Below are positions 1 to 9,161 of a stretch of 64,000 nucleotides of DNA, piece by piece; the first letter of the stretch is position 1, and each line of letters opens with the position of its first letter. Position numbers and translations under genes: made by a program. The stretch is from Escherichia phage EcWhh-1. The stretch lies in sequence record MH791409.1; one strand, given 5' to 3'. Under the pieces are notes generated by a model. The model had not been told where the DNA came from. It did no database searches and saw nothing but the letters and a program-made list of their open reading frames with translations.

Positions 1-413
1 GCTTTGAGAATTAATGCAGAGTTAGCCTTGAATTCGCTAACCCAACGTTGCGGAAATAAACTACTAGGGTCCATACCTTTAATTTTGATATAACCTTTTA
101 TGGTATCACCAAACCATTTGTAGCTAACAACGTGGCTAGAACCCGGATATTTCTCTTTACCGAACTCAGAAAGGATGTCCTTATTGACCAGTCGAGAAAG
201 CAGTCGAGAACCTTTAAATGTATCTACGATATCAGGAATAAACAAACGACCCGCTATCTTTTCGATTTCAGCTTTGAAACAGCGCGATAATGCATCATCA
301 ATTTGGTCGACCCATTTATTGATATTAGAAACTATTACCACATATGGGGTTAATGGAGGGGTGTTGGCAGTGATATACGTAGTAAAGGCATTGATGTATT
401 CAGTACGAGTCAT
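1..413 (-). CDS. hypothetical early protein, partial (continues past window start)
   Basis: Minus-strand frame open from window edge to ATG at ~411-413 with GAGGAG SD; early promoter element just upstream; the plus-strand 175..432 ORF is antisense to it. Confidence 0.5.
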   Translation of the reverse strand, partial: MTRTEYINAFTTYITANTPPLTPYVVIVSNINKWVDQIDDALSRCFKAEIEKIAGRLFIPDIVDTFKGSRLLSRLVNKDILSEFGKEKYPGSSHVVSYKWFGDTIKGYIKIKGMDPSSLFPQRWVSEFKANSALILK

Positions 414-439
414 GATATTCTCCTCAAGTTGATAGAAAG

Positions 440-470
440 ATTATACTCCATCCATCCTTGGATGTAAACA
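440..470 (-). promoter_or_regulatory. early sigma70-type promoter (GTTTACA -35, 17 bp, TATAAT -10)
   Basis: Coding-strand TGTTTACA-N17-TATAAT then GGAG SD and ATG; member of the recurrent element family. Confidence 0.5.
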
Positions 471-1346
471 TTATTTTAGAGCTAATACTGCAGCGCGGAG
501 CTTGTCACGCTGGAGTTCCATGTTCTTGATGCGAATCAATACGTCTTGGATACTCTTTTTCTCATCTTCGATCTGGCCGTTTAAACGGTGGATTGATTCC
601 TGGAGATGGTCCTCATGATACTTCTCGATAGGTTTCATCGTAGGGTTAGTAACCACCATAGAATTATCAGGTGTAATTTTCCAATGATACGGTTTGGAAT
701 TGAATGGACTCGGTACAGCCGTGGTTTTGAATTTGTCATAGGCTGCATACTGGCCTACACTGTCACATGATACTGCAGAGGTAGAGATACGTCGTTCCAT
801 TTGTGGGTCCTTTTGTTGGGATTGGTAAGGGGCATAAGACAAAAGATATTCGCGAGTTAGTTTAATTCTGATGTATACTGCATCAGCCAGCCCGGAACAT
901 TCTGCGTACTCGTCAGTAGTAACCTTATATGATTCTACAGCCTTAATACGAGCCATTGCTTCTCTGAATAAGGTTTCAAATGCTTCACGAAGGGCCTTAT
1001 TACCTTTTGAGGTAGGACGGAAACGAACTTGAACACCATCATCCAAAATATTAATGACCAGGTTACGAGCTGTAAAATTAATATTTTTGATATTGACAGG
1101 AACCGTAGAAATACGCCCTGCAGTAGCCAATAGGTCTTTGATATTAGCTCGTAATGTTGCACCAAACAGATGGGCCGGGCTACGGCAATAATCATTCAAA
1201 GAGCTGATGTAAGTTCCTTTACGGCCTACACCATAAGTATAATTACCATTACAAATATGACCAAAGTCAGCTAGGCGGTCAATAGCGATACGACGAGTCG
1301 TGTCATGGTCATAGATGGAATATTCTTTACGTGTTTTAATGTTCAT
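471..1346 (-). CDS. hypothetical protein with C-terminal coiled coil
   Basis: Table ORF 471..1382 begins with TTG; first ATG in frame at ~1346 sits 1 nt after stop of upstream small ORF. Confidence 0.55.
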   Translation of the reverse strand: MNIKTRKEYSIYDHDTTRRIAIDRLADFGHICNGNYTYGVGRKGTYISSLNDYCRSPAHLFGATLRANIKDLLATAGRISTVPVNIKNINFTARNLVINILDDGVQVRFRPTSKGNKALREAFETLFREAMARIKAVESYKVTTDEYAECSGLADAVYIRIKLTREYLLSYAPYQSQQKDPQMERRISTSAVSCDSVGQYAAYDKFKTTAVPSPFNSKPYHWKITPDNSMVVTNPTMKPIEKYHEDHLQESIHRLNGQIEDEKKSIQDVLIRIKNMELQRDKLRAAVLALK

Positions 1347-1347
1347 A

Positions 1348-1563
1348 TTAAAGTCCAAATAATTTTTCATAGAGTTTAGCAATAGGCCATAGAACTAGCA
1401 TACATAGCCAGGCAAAGCAAAATACCGGCCATACGAATGTAATGAATACTGCATCATAGCTTGATTCAATTTCAACCGGGTTCCATGCACCGGACTTATG
1501 AACAAATAATGCAGTAATAAATCCTATCACAAGATATCCAATAATAAAACTGATAATTTCCAT
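1348..1563 (-). CDS. small hydrophobic (membrane) protein, 71 aa
   Basis: Two hydrophobic stretches; AAGGA SD upstream; tightly packed with flanking genes (TAATTATG junction). Confidence 0.5.
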   Translation of the reverse strand: MEIISFIIGYLVIGFITALFVHKSGAWNPVEIESSYDAVFITFVWPVFCFAWLCMLVLWPIAKLYEKLFGL

Positions 1564-1565
1564 AA

Positions 1566-2414
1566 TTAATCCTTAAGAAGATTTAGGATATCGATATATT
1601 TTTGACGTTCAGCCTTAGCTTTAGCATTCAGACCAGAGAGTCGGAAAATCTCATCATCTTGTTGTTGGATTGTAACATTCAAGCAAGTAAGCAAATTGCT
1701 AAAATACTCAATCTGGGCTTGATGCTTCTCATTGCTGCGCACTGGCACAGGTTCCGGTTTAGGAGCTTGTTCTGAAGGCTCTTCAGTCAGGTCTTTAATT
1801 TGGTACAGTTTAATACGCTGACCCGCTCCAGTTTCGGCATCACCAAAACTAAGAACACCATGCCGTTCTAATTCAGACAGGGCTAAGCGCAGGTGGAACT
1901 TCCAGTTGTCATATTGACAACCACTATAAGTGGAAACAATATACCCACCATGTTCAGGTATTTGACTTTTAATAATATTAAAGACAATCCAATCGCCTGA
2001 ACCATTGGTCTTAAAGGTCATTTGTTTATCAAGACCTTTTGCAAGGCGAGCGCCAAGAGCCAGTAGACGCCGTTGGTTGGCATGAAGGTCTTGAACAACT
2101 TCGTCAAATGACATCGCCGGGATTAAACGACCATAAAGGTCGTAGCCTTTGTTATAATTTTTAAGAATAATTTTGGCATTAGCACGAGACAACATACCTG
2201 TTTTACGAAGAGTTTTCATGACTCGGTCTTCTAACGTAAACGAACCTTTAGTCTTGTCAAAGATTTTAGTGAAGTCATCTTTAACAGTACAAACATTGAA
2301 CTTGTCCCACATCATATATAGAACCCTTTCAACCACTTCATTAGAACTCGGAATAAAACCAAAATTAATAACTTTTTTAACTTCAGAACGAATTTGATTA
2401 ATTGCCTGTGACAT
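1566..2414 (-). CDS. hypothetical protein, 282 aa
   Basis: Long minus-strand ORF in co-oriented operon. Confidence 0.6.
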   Translation of the reverse strand: MSQAINQIRSEVKKVINFGFIPSSNEVVERVLYMMWDKFNVCTVKDDFTKIFDKTKGSFTLEDRVMKTLRKTGMLSRANAKIILKNYNKGYDLYGRLIPAMSFDEVVQDLHANQRRLLALGARLAKGLDKQMTFKTNGSGDWIVFNIIKSQIPEHGGYIVSTYSGCQYDNWKFHLRLALSELERHGVLSFGDAETGAGQRIKLYQIKDLTEEPSEQAPKPEPVPVRSNEKHQAQIEYFSNLLTCLNVTIQQQDDEIFRLSGLNAKAKAERQKYIDILNLLKD

Positions 2415-2477
2415 AATAATTTCCTCAGTAAGTAATTAAGAACCTAGAACCATTATACCATCCTTGGTATAAAGCGT

Positions 2478-3002
2478 TTATGCGAGAACCGTCTTTAAAC
2501 GCTCTTCAAATTTCTGAAGCAGAGCTTGGCGTTCAGCTCGTTGTGATTTGTACTGCTCGATACGACCTGAAGTGAGGGCGTACTGTTCGTTTACTGATTC
2601 CCGCATGAATTCAGGAATCTCTTTACACGCTTTGATTTCGTCAAACTTATCAATAACCGCTTGTTCCTCGGCAATCAGATTATCGAAATAAGCGATATCA
2701 GATTTAACATTTGCCAGGTCGGATTCAGTAGGCATTAAACGTTTGTTACGTTCAGCTTGATAAGCTTGATTGTTTTCACGGCTCCAGTAAAGAATACGTT
2801 TTTTGTTAGTGTTTTTATAGAGCTCTACAATACCAACTGAATCGATGATAGCAATCCAGTTCCAACGGCTTTTGTAAATCTCTCCTCCAGATACGGTAAT
2901 CTCATTACCACAAGCAACGTCGTTAAAGAACTTGCTTTGTTTTTCAGATTTGAAATTACCATTATTAAAATTAATCAGTGAAAAAATATCTTTAGCGTTC
3001 AT
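2478..3002 (-). CDS. hypothetical protein, 174 aa
   Basis: ORF with ATG at 3002, GGAGG SD, early promoter element immediately upstream. Confidence 0.6.
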   Translation of the reverse strand: MNAKDIFSLINFNNGNFKSEKQSKFFNDVACGNEITVSGGEIYKSRWNWIAIIDSVGIVELYKNTNKKRILYWSRENNQAYQAERNKRLMPTESDLANVKSDIAYFDNLIAEEQAVIDKFDEIKACKEIPEFMRESVNEQYALTSGRIEQYKSQRAERQALLQKFEERLKTVLA

Positions 3003-3017
3003 GATAACCTCCAGTAG

Positions 3018-3058
3018 TTGATAGGTCTATAGTATCATTTCTACTGGAGATGTAAACA
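3018..3058 (-). promoter_or_regulatory. early promoter element (TTGATAGGTCTATAGTATCAT family)
   Basis: Conserved motif plus TGTAAACA on plus strand; flanked by inverted repeat CTCCAGTAG/CTACTGGAG. Confidence 0.55.
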
Positions 3059-3059
3059 A

Positions 3060-3401
3060 CTAATAGAAACTTTTTTCACCGGATTGACCACTAAACCAAG
3101 CGGATTGGGTGTTCTCTTTCCGTTGGTGTTTAATACGAATAAGGTATTCATTCCTGATGGCGCAGAGTTCACCTCGGAAGTCGCCTGCCAACTTTACCTG
3201 CTTACGGTCTAGATTTATTAAGGCCTGAGTCTTAGCGGCCAAGGCCAGTCTCTTGTAGTCTCCTTCTTCACAATCGGTTTTATAAACCTTTTCGGCGAAT
3301 TTGTATTTAAATTCATTATCATAGTCCTCGACGGACTGTTTCATGGCATTAGAGTACTTCAACTCTGCTTTTATAAGGTCGTAACTAAATTGTTCGAACA
3401 T
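3060..3401 (-). CDS. hypothetical protein, 113 aa
   Basis: ORF in operon context. Confidence 0.5.
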   Translation of the reverse strand: MFEQFSYDLIKAELKYSNAMKQSVEDYDNEFKYKFAEKVYKTDCEEGDYKRLALAAKTQALINLDRKQVKLAGDFRGELCAIRNEYLIRIKHQRKENTQSAWFSGQSGEKSFY

Positions 3402-3411
3402 AATTTCACCT

Positions 3412-4392
3412 TTATTTCAGAAGTGTAACTTCAGCGATTTCGTTCCAGTCATTTTTATCAGTGGCAATGAAGTCCGCCAGATAAAGAGCTGTACGTAATG
3501 ATACGTTACGAAGACGAGATACATTAGCCTTCATCCATGCTAAAGCTTGATAAGTCTCAGCATCAGTCAGACCTCGATTTTGCATCATATCAGTGGACAG
3601 GATAACGTCTTCAACACGAACCATAATCTCTTCGTTCGAGTGAACTCCGAGGTCTAAGTAAACTGAACGAGATACTAAAGCCTGGAGGTGTGGAGCAAGT
3701 TTAGTTCCACGCTCTAATTCACGGTCAATATCAACGTTGGTGATGAACACGATGGTGCCTTCGTATTCGAATTCTTTATCGATATTTTTATCATCGAGGT
3801 AAGAACTTGAAGTGCTCCAGCACACTTTACGTTTTTCACCAGTATCCAATGCTGCTTTTAACAGGTTCAGGATATCCATATCAGAGAATACATCAACATC
3901 ATCGATAAGAAGAACACTATTAGGGCCGCGGTTATTCCAAAGCTGCTCGTAAAGACCGATTCCACTAATCTTTCCGTTGATTGATTTATATTCGATAGTT
4001 TCATTTTCGTGGGCATTTTGTAATGCTTTATCCAAAGAATACGTTTTACCAATACCTGCGGCACCAGAGATGATAAGGGAACGAATTTTACCATCGATGA
4101 TTCCGTTGGTCATCATGTTCATTACTTTAAAACGTTTGTTGATGCGATGTTTCATTTCTTCAGCGGATTCAGTAATCACTACAGGAGCTTCAGTACCTTC
4201 CATTTCAACGTCACATTTGAACACCCATACACCACGTTCAACACCATCAATCTGTACGAATACCTTGCCATCACCGAGGTGAGCTTCGGATTCATGAATT
4301 TTATTTGGGAACCAGGTTTTACCTGAACTCATGAACGTACCAGAGATTTCATTACCGCGATAGATACCTTTGTTGATTTTGATAGTTAACAT
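3412..4392 (-). CDS. P-loop NTPase (Walker A GAAGIGKT, Walker B LLIDDVD)
   Basis: Walker motifs in translation; table start 4407 is GTG, ATG at 4392 has AAGGAG SD. Confidence 0.65.
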   Translation of the reverse strand: MLTIKINKGIYRGNEISGTFMSSGKTWFPNKIHESEAHLGDGKVFVQIDGVERGVWVFKCDVEMEGTEAPVVITESAEEMKHRINKRFKVMNMMTNGIIDGKIRSLIISGAAGIGKTYSLDKALQNAHENETIEYKSINGKISGIGLYEQLWNNRGPNSVLLIDDVDVFSDMDILNLLKAALDTGEKRKVCWSTSSSYLDDKNIDKEFEYEGTIVFITNVDIDRELERGTKLAPHLQALVSRSVYLDLGVHSNEEIMVRVEDVILSTDMMQNRGLTDAETYQALAWMKANVSRLRNVSLRTALYLADFIATDKNDWNEIAEVTLLK

Positions 4393-4417
4393 TTTATTCT
4401 CCTTCACTCAGTAGATT

Positions 4418-4457
4418 TGATAGGTCTATAATAACATGTTTGAAATGGATGTACACA
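4418..4457 (-). promoter_or_regulatory. early promoter element
   Basis: TAGGTCTATAATAACAT plus GTGTACA -35 variant. Confidence 0.5.
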
Positions 4458-4458
4458 C

Positions 4459-4689
4459 TTATTTTGCAATAATTTCACAGAAGCCATCTTTATAGCGGGC
4501 CCATGTTTCACCATTTACTGTATAAAGAGCAGCTTTACGACCATTAGGCATAACAACTTGTTTACCTTTGTTTTTAGTTACAGCTTCAATAATTTCGTAT
4601 TCTTCGGCACGATCAGCTTTAAATGTATCTTCCAGAGCGATCAAGTTAGTAGTGTAAGAACCGTATTTGTAATTTTTGATAGCGTACAT
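4459..4689 (-). CDS. hypothetical protein, 76 aa
   Basis: ORF between two promoter elements. Confidence 0.5.
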   Translation of the reverse strand: MYAIKNYKYGSYTTNLIALEDTFKADRAEEYEIIEAVTKNKGKQVVMPNGRKAALYTVNGETWARYKDGFCEIIAK

Positions 4690-4727
4690 TTTTATATCTC
4701 CGTTTGGTTTAAGTTTTCAGCTCTTTA

Positions 4728-4768
4728 GCTGATAGGTCTATAATAACATGTTTAAAGCAGATGTACAC
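4728..4768 (-). promoter_or_regulatory. early promoter element
   Basis: GATAGGTCTATAATAACAT plus TGTACAC. Confidence 0.5.
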
Positions 4769-4789
4769 TACTTTTTTGCACTAAACCCA

Positions 4790-4810
4790 AAAAAGGCCCG
4801 AAGGCCTTTT
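4790..4810 (-). terminator. rho-independent terminator hairpin
   Basis: aaaaaGGCCCgaaGGCCtttt stem-loop with flanking A/T runs directly after stop of 4812..5822. Confidence 0.6.
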
Positions 4811-4811
4811 A

Positions 4812-5822
4812 TCATTTATAATACGAGTTATGGTTTTCTAGGTAAACCTGCTCAACGAACTTGTCCCAGAACTTCATATCTACCTTATCAGGCATACCGT
4901 TCTTAGCTGCCCAGATGGCATTGGTTTCGACTTCATCAACTATAGCTTCGAGCTCAGCCTGTACATCTTTAAAAGCATGTAGCCCCTGTTTGATTTCAAG
5001 GATAAATGGTGCTGTTCGTAAAGGATATTGAAGGTCACCGGTCATATAGATTTCCTTCAACTGATATCCAGCACGATAAGCATGGCTCAGAGCTTTCCAG
5101 TCAATACCTTCATTAGCTTCAGCCTTACGAGCACGTTCGCCATATTCTGCATCAAGTTTATTCAGAGATTGCTTAAGCTCGACCAATGACAGAGTAGTTT
5201 GGTACTTACGTCCGAGGACAGTATAGAACGTTTGAGGACCTGTTTTCTCGTGGTTATGAAATACCCATTCACAGAACTCGTTTTCAGGGAGCCGGTGCTT
5301 AATATCTTCTACCTTAGTACGTCGTTGCTTAGTAGAACCATCTTCTTGATAATCAACCCACTGTTCAGGAATCTGGTTAACGATAGCCAGTACACCACGC
5401 AGAGCAGCCAGACGAGAACCCTTAACACCATATTTAGAAGCTTGCTTACGAACGTACCCTAAATAGGCTTTCATGTTGGTTGTATAGAACCGAGAACGAT
5501 TGTCTTGGATAAATTTCCATACATCAGGTAAATCAGATTTAACCACCAGTTCAGGTGGAGTATGAATCATGTCCAGAGCAACTGTTTCGCCATCAGCCGC
5601 TAGTTTAAAGAAATATTTCAGGCTGTAAAGCTCGTGGTCGACATCATCTTTAGTGTTTTTGGAAGCAGTGTTATTCGTGTTCAGGTTGGTATGGTTCATA
5701 GCCGTACCTAACAGAATATCACGCGGATGCGGAACAAAGATTTCTTTAAAATCGACATCAGATTCCGGAGTACTTGTTCCATAAAGGTGGCTACCGAAGT
5801 AGCCTTTCATAACTGTTCTCAT
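4812..5822 (-). CDS. Pol-beta-superfamily nucleotidyltransferase-fold protein
   Basis: N-terminal GSHLYGTSTPESDVDF matches the GS-x(9-13)-DxD minimal NTase signature. Confidence 0.55.
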   Translation of the reverse strand: MRTVMKGYFGSHLYGTSTPESDVDFKEIFVPHPRDILLGTAMNHTNLNTNNTASKNTKDDVDHELYSLKYFFKLAADGETVALDMIHTPPELVVKSDLPDVWKFIQDNRSRFYTTNMKAYLGYVRKQASKYGVKGSRLAALRGVLAIVNQIPEQWVDYQEDGSTKQRRTKVEDIKHRLPENEFCEWVFHNHEKTGPQTFYTVLGRKYQTTLSLVELKQSLNKLDAEYGERARKAEANEGIDWKALSHAYRAGYQLKEIYMTGDLQYPLRTAPFILEIKQGLHAFKDVQAELEAIVDEVETNAIWAAKNGMPDKVDMKFWDKFVEQVYLENHNSYYK

Positions 5823-6271
5823 TCTTTATTCTCGAAGTGGATTACAGGGCAGACCTTAGATTTACGAGCTTTGATATATTGGATGACAACGTTTTCTTTA
5901 GTTTCTCGGCCTTCACGCTCAGCTTGAATACGTTGCCATTCCTTTTCTTCTCTACGGGCATCATACCATGAGTGTAAATTCATCGCACCGAATGCCAAAC
6001 CAATGGATAGCGCAATAATAAGAGATATTGCAACCAACCCTAAAACAAACCCGAGACTCAACAGAACAGGGGTACTTAATACAAAGAAATGCTCTAATAC
6101 ACCAGCACCTGCAACAGTTAATCCAAAAAGCGTACTACCTGCAACAACAGCACAAGCAAAACAAGCCCAAACCATTTTCCAGAAGTAAGCACACAAAGAG
6201 TGTGGTCGAGAATGGCGGTCATAAAAACGGTCGTGTAATTTAACGTGCCAAGAGTTTGTATTGATAATCAT
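5819..6271 (-). CDS. integral membrane protein, 150 aa
   Basis: Several hydrophobic helices; stop overlaps downstream start (ATGA). Confidence 0.55.
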   Translation of the reverse strand: MIINTNSWHVKLHDRFYDRHSRPHSLCAYFWKMVWACFACAVVAGSTLFGLTVAGAGVLEHFFVLSTPVLLSLGFVLGLVAISLIIALSIGLAFGAMNLHSWYDARREEKEWQRIQAEREGRETKENVVIQYIKARKSKVCPVIHFENKE

Positions 6272-6280
6272 AATATTTCC

Positions 6281-6841
6281 TTAAGAGTTCATAGTTGGGA
6301 TAACAGAGTTCAGATAAGAGACTAAAGCTTTGAGCTCGTCCTTAGTAAATACCACTTCATTTTCACCGTCGTGTCTTTGGGTCAAGGATAGCAAATCACG
6401 ACCCTGATGTTGATACACAGACAATTCGGTGTCATAATCCATTTCTTCTTCATCACCTTCAAAGGTTTCACTAGAACGAATTACCGCATCTTGGCCAGGG
6501 ACTTTCCATTCAACTTCTGGATGGCATTCTTCCTGGAACAGTTTAAAAATATATTTAAAGAAATTAGCAGAATCACTAATGCTTAGACATTCCCCATCCG
6601 TTTCCAAATTAAACCCGTTGTCATGGTTATAAATCTGGGCCCACATATCATCGTTAATATTAAATACACCTCTAAAACTACCATTAAGATATTGGTGTTT
6701 GTCCAAAACCTTTAAATCGTAAAGTGGTTTGATATCTTGGATAGTCAGTACGATTTTATCGTCTTCTTGTGAAAGCACAATTGCATTATCAACTACTTCA
6801 GCGGTCAGGTCACCAAACAACCCAGATGTTTCAATAATCAT
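6281..6841 (-). CDS. hypothetical acidic protein, 186 aa
   Basis: ORF in operon. Confidence 0.55.
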   Translation of the reverse strand: MIIETSGLFGDLTAEVVDNAIVLSQEDDKIVLTIQDIKPLYDLKVLDKHQYLNGSFRGVFNINDDMWAQIYNHDNGFNLETDGECLSISDSANFFKYIFKLFQEECHPEVEWKVPGQDAVIRSSETFEGDEEEMDYDTELSVYQHQGRDLLSLTQRHDGENEVVFTKDELKALVSYLNSVIPTMNS

Positions 6842-6851
6842 TTTCCGTTCC

Positions 6852-7034
6852 TCATTTCACATTTTGTTTAATAAAATTTAACAACTCTTTAAGAGCTTCA
6901 TCTTCTTCTTTAGAAAGCCTGCTACATTCACTAGCTGGGTAATCATTGCAAAACGCAGTTTCAAATCTGGCCACTGCTCCAGCATATGACTCGATAAGCT
7001 CTTCAAGTTTTAAATGCTTTTCTTCGGTTTTCAT
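6852..7034 (-). CDS. hypothetical small protein, 60 aa
   Basis: ORF in operon. Confidence 0.4.
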   Translation of the reverse strand: MKTEEKHLKLEELIESYAGAVARFETAFCNDYPASECSRLSKEEDEALKELLNFIKQNVK

Positions 7035-7037
7035 AAA

Positions 7038-7310
7038 TCACCGGTTGTGTTTTAAAATACTATAAAGCTCTTCGACCTGGCTTGCGTTCAGACAAATCAT
7101 ATCATTTTCTTGTTGGAGCGTAATTCCACCTTTTTCTTCCCAATCTTTAACAAAGATGTCATCGTCAGACTCTTCAACATCGGCCAAAAGGACGATAATA
7201 CCGTCTTCAGAATTACCACTCGGATCGTATAACATTACAGTTTCCTCGCTAACCATGAAAAGAATAAACCAATTAAAACAGGCCCTACAGCCATTGTTAG
7301 CCAAGCCCAA
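7038..7310 (-). CDS. hypothetical small protein (start uncertain)
   Basis: ORF in operon. Confidence 0.4.
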   Translation of the reverse strand: MGLANNGCRACFNWFILFMVSEETVMLYDPSGNSEDGIIVLLADVEESDDDIFVKDWEEKGGITLQQENDMICLNASQVEELYSILKHNR

Positions 7311-7354
7311 GGTTCAAGATAGTAAATCATCTCATGCTCCTGTGCCATCAGCCA

Positions 7355-7537
7355 TTATGCTTTCAATTCTTCTAAATAATCAACCAAAGCCTGTTTTGAT
7401 TTAGCCAAATCTCGTTTACACCGTTCTATTCCAGAATATGAATAACCTTCACACATCTCAACCGCAAGGTCGTTAGAATCTCTTTCAATTTCAATAGCCA
7501 ATTTAAGAATTTTTGCACACTGTTCAGTAGTTAACAT
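7355..7537 (-). CDS. hypothetical small protein, 60 aa
   Basis: ORF in operon. Confidence 0.4.
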   Translation of the reverse strand: MLTTEQCAKILKLAIEIERDSNDLAVEMCEGYSYSGIERCKRDLAKSKQALVDYLEELKA

Positions 7538-7541
7538 AATA

Positions 7542-7778
7542 TCACCAGTATTTGTTGATAGTAGAAATTAATTCTTGGGCTTGGGCTGTATTCAGTTTAC
7601 ACCCACAACCCTTTAATGTGTCTTTAAGGAGCCACGGTTCCTTGAGCTCGTCCTTTTCCAGACGAATTCTGTATCCTCGATAATCGGCAAAGATACTTCG
7701 GTCGTCGAATATCTTAATCTCAAGGATACGACCATTGATTTCATATTCTAATGAAACCGTAGTACTTGTAAGTTTCAT
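7542..7778 (-). CDS. hypothetical small protein, 78 aa
   Basis: ORF in operon. Confidence 0.45.
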   Translation of the reverse strand: MKLTSTTVSLEYEINGRILEIKIFDDRSIFADYRGYRIRLEKDELKEPWLLKDTLKGCGCKLNTAQAQELISTINKYW

Positions 7779-7791
7779 ACTGTTTTCCTCA

Positions 7792-8022
7792 TTAAATTTT
7801 TTCGAATAATGCTAAAGCTTTTTCGATAGCTACAGATTTAGTACCAATAACCATTTTAGGCTGGTATTGGAACTTAGTAGCTTCGTAAACTTCTAAACCG
7901 GTTACTTTACCATTTTGTTCGATAATAGCAAAGGTGGCGTTTTCAAAATCTTCAGCTTTAACTTTAAGTGCTTTAGAAGCTTTAGCGATATCGATAACTT
8001 TCAGGTTGGTGATGGTTTTCAT
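7792..8022 (-). CDS. hypothetical small protein, 76 aa
   Basis: ORF directly downstream of early promoter element. Confidence 0.5.
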   Translation of the reverse strand: MKTITNLKVIDIAKASKALKVKAEDFENATFAIIEQNGKVTGLEVYEATKFQYQPKMVIGTKSVAIEKALALFEKI

Positions 8023-8037
8023 TTTGTTCTCCTCATT

Positions 8038-8080
8038 AGTTGGTAGGTCTATAGTATCATGTTCCTAGAGGATGTAAACA
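8038..8080 (-). promoter_or_regulatory. early promoter element
   Basis: GGTAGGTCTATAGTATCAT plus TGTAAACA. Confidence 0.55.
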
Positions 8081-8089
8081 CCTAAACGA

Positions 8090-8117
8090 AAAAAGGTCCC
8101 ACCGAAGTGAGACCTTT
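8090..8117 (-). terminator. rho-independent terminator hairpin
   Basis: GGTCCCaccgaagtGAGACC stem plus T-run on minus strand after stop of 8120..8503. Confidence 0.55.
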
Positions 8118-8119
8118 GA

Positions 8120-8503
8120 TTATTCTAACGTCAGCAAATACTTAGTCTGGTAAAAGACGCCAGTGATATCGTCCAAAGTCGACTGGATGGCCTTGGGAAG
8201 GGTGTCATAGATTTTATCAGTTGCTTTAAGAAGCTCATCAAGGAAATCTACAGGGTCCTTAGGCAAGTCTGAAGCAGACGGTAATGATGCTTTATATTCT
8301 TTGCCACTGAATCCAAGATATTGCTCACTAAATTGGTCCAGAGGTCCTTGAACTTCTACATAATAGAAGTCATACGCTTTGTGTCTTGCATAGCTTTTGG
8401 TTTCTAAATGGGCTGACTTAAAATAGGCTAAAGAAACCAGTAGCCAACCAATATAAGAATCCACTTCAGACCCTCGACCGGGTACGAAATCATTGAATTT
8501 CAT
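8120..8503 (-). CDS. hypothetical protein, 127 aa
   Basis: ORF overlapping start of rI, as T4 rI.-1 does. Confidence 0.5.
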   Translation of the reverse strand: MKFNDFVPGRGSEVDSYIGWLLVSLAYFKSAHLETKSYARHKAYDFYYVEVQGPLDQFSEQYLGFSGKEYKASLPSASDLPKDPVDFLDELLKATDKIYDTLPKAIQSTLDDITGVFYQTKYLLTLE

Positions 8504-8783
8504 CTTCTACCTTCATTAGTTTTGCATAACGCTCTCCGATGGCACGACCTTCAATTGAGCATGCTTCTATAGTCCGACAACTTGAATTCTTCCAGGAAGC
8601 CGTAACATAGGCCCAATAGTCTTCGGAGGCCTTTACGCTTGGTCTACTCATTTGCGCATAAACAGGCATCGCACTACTAGCAAACGCGTCCATCAATTTA
8701 TCATTGGTATCATTTGCTAGTGAAACTGAAGGGCCTAAACATCCCGCCATAAGGATACAAGCCGCTGTACGGAAAATATCCAT
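8490..8783 (-). CDS. rI: lysis-inhibition regulator rI-like
   Basis: 97 aa, same length as T4 rI, signal-like N-terminus, conserved Cys/IE...Y(A)K..M pattern, located just before tk. Confidence 0.7.
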   Translation of the reverse strand: MDIFRTAACILMAGCLGPSVSLANDTNDKLMDAFASSAMPVYAQMSRPSVKASEDYWAYVTASWKNSSCRTIEACSIEGRAIGERYAKLMKVEDEIQ

Positions 8784-8875
8784 ACAAATGTCCTTTGTTG
8801 TTTTATACTATTTGCCTTTCGGCCTTAACCGATAGCGATTACCAAAAGCTAAAGCTCTACGGTTAGTATTATTAT

Positions 8876-9154
8876 TTATAGCTTTTTAAGCTTACGACAA
8901 TAAGAATAGAACACGTCGTTAAAATTATATTCAACCCAATTCCTCTGTATAGGCGAGGTAATGGAAAGCATATAATGCGCTTTAATTAAATCCATCCCAT
9001 TTTTATTAGGACACTCTTTATTATTAGCATTATACGTCGCTGCTACAACCTCTATCTCTCTTTTGTAAGCCACATCATCCATGATAGGCGAAAGAACAAT
9101 ATAAGAAATAGCCACAGCGAACGCTAGAATTAAAATCTTTGAATTTAGGTCCAT
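8876..9154 (-). CDS. hypothetical protein with N-terminal hydrophobic segment
   Basis: ORF between rI and tk. Confidence 0.5.
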   Translation of the reverse strand: MDLNSKILILAFAVAISYIVLSPIMDDVAYKREIEVVAATYNANNKECPNKNGMDLIKAHYMLSITSPIQRNWVEYNFNDVFYSYCRKLKKL

Positions 9155-9161
9155 AGTACCC

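Noticed and set aside
175-432. 85-aa plus-strand ORF at window start
   Set aside because: The minus strand here carries a better-supported gene (SD, early promoter, operon orientation).
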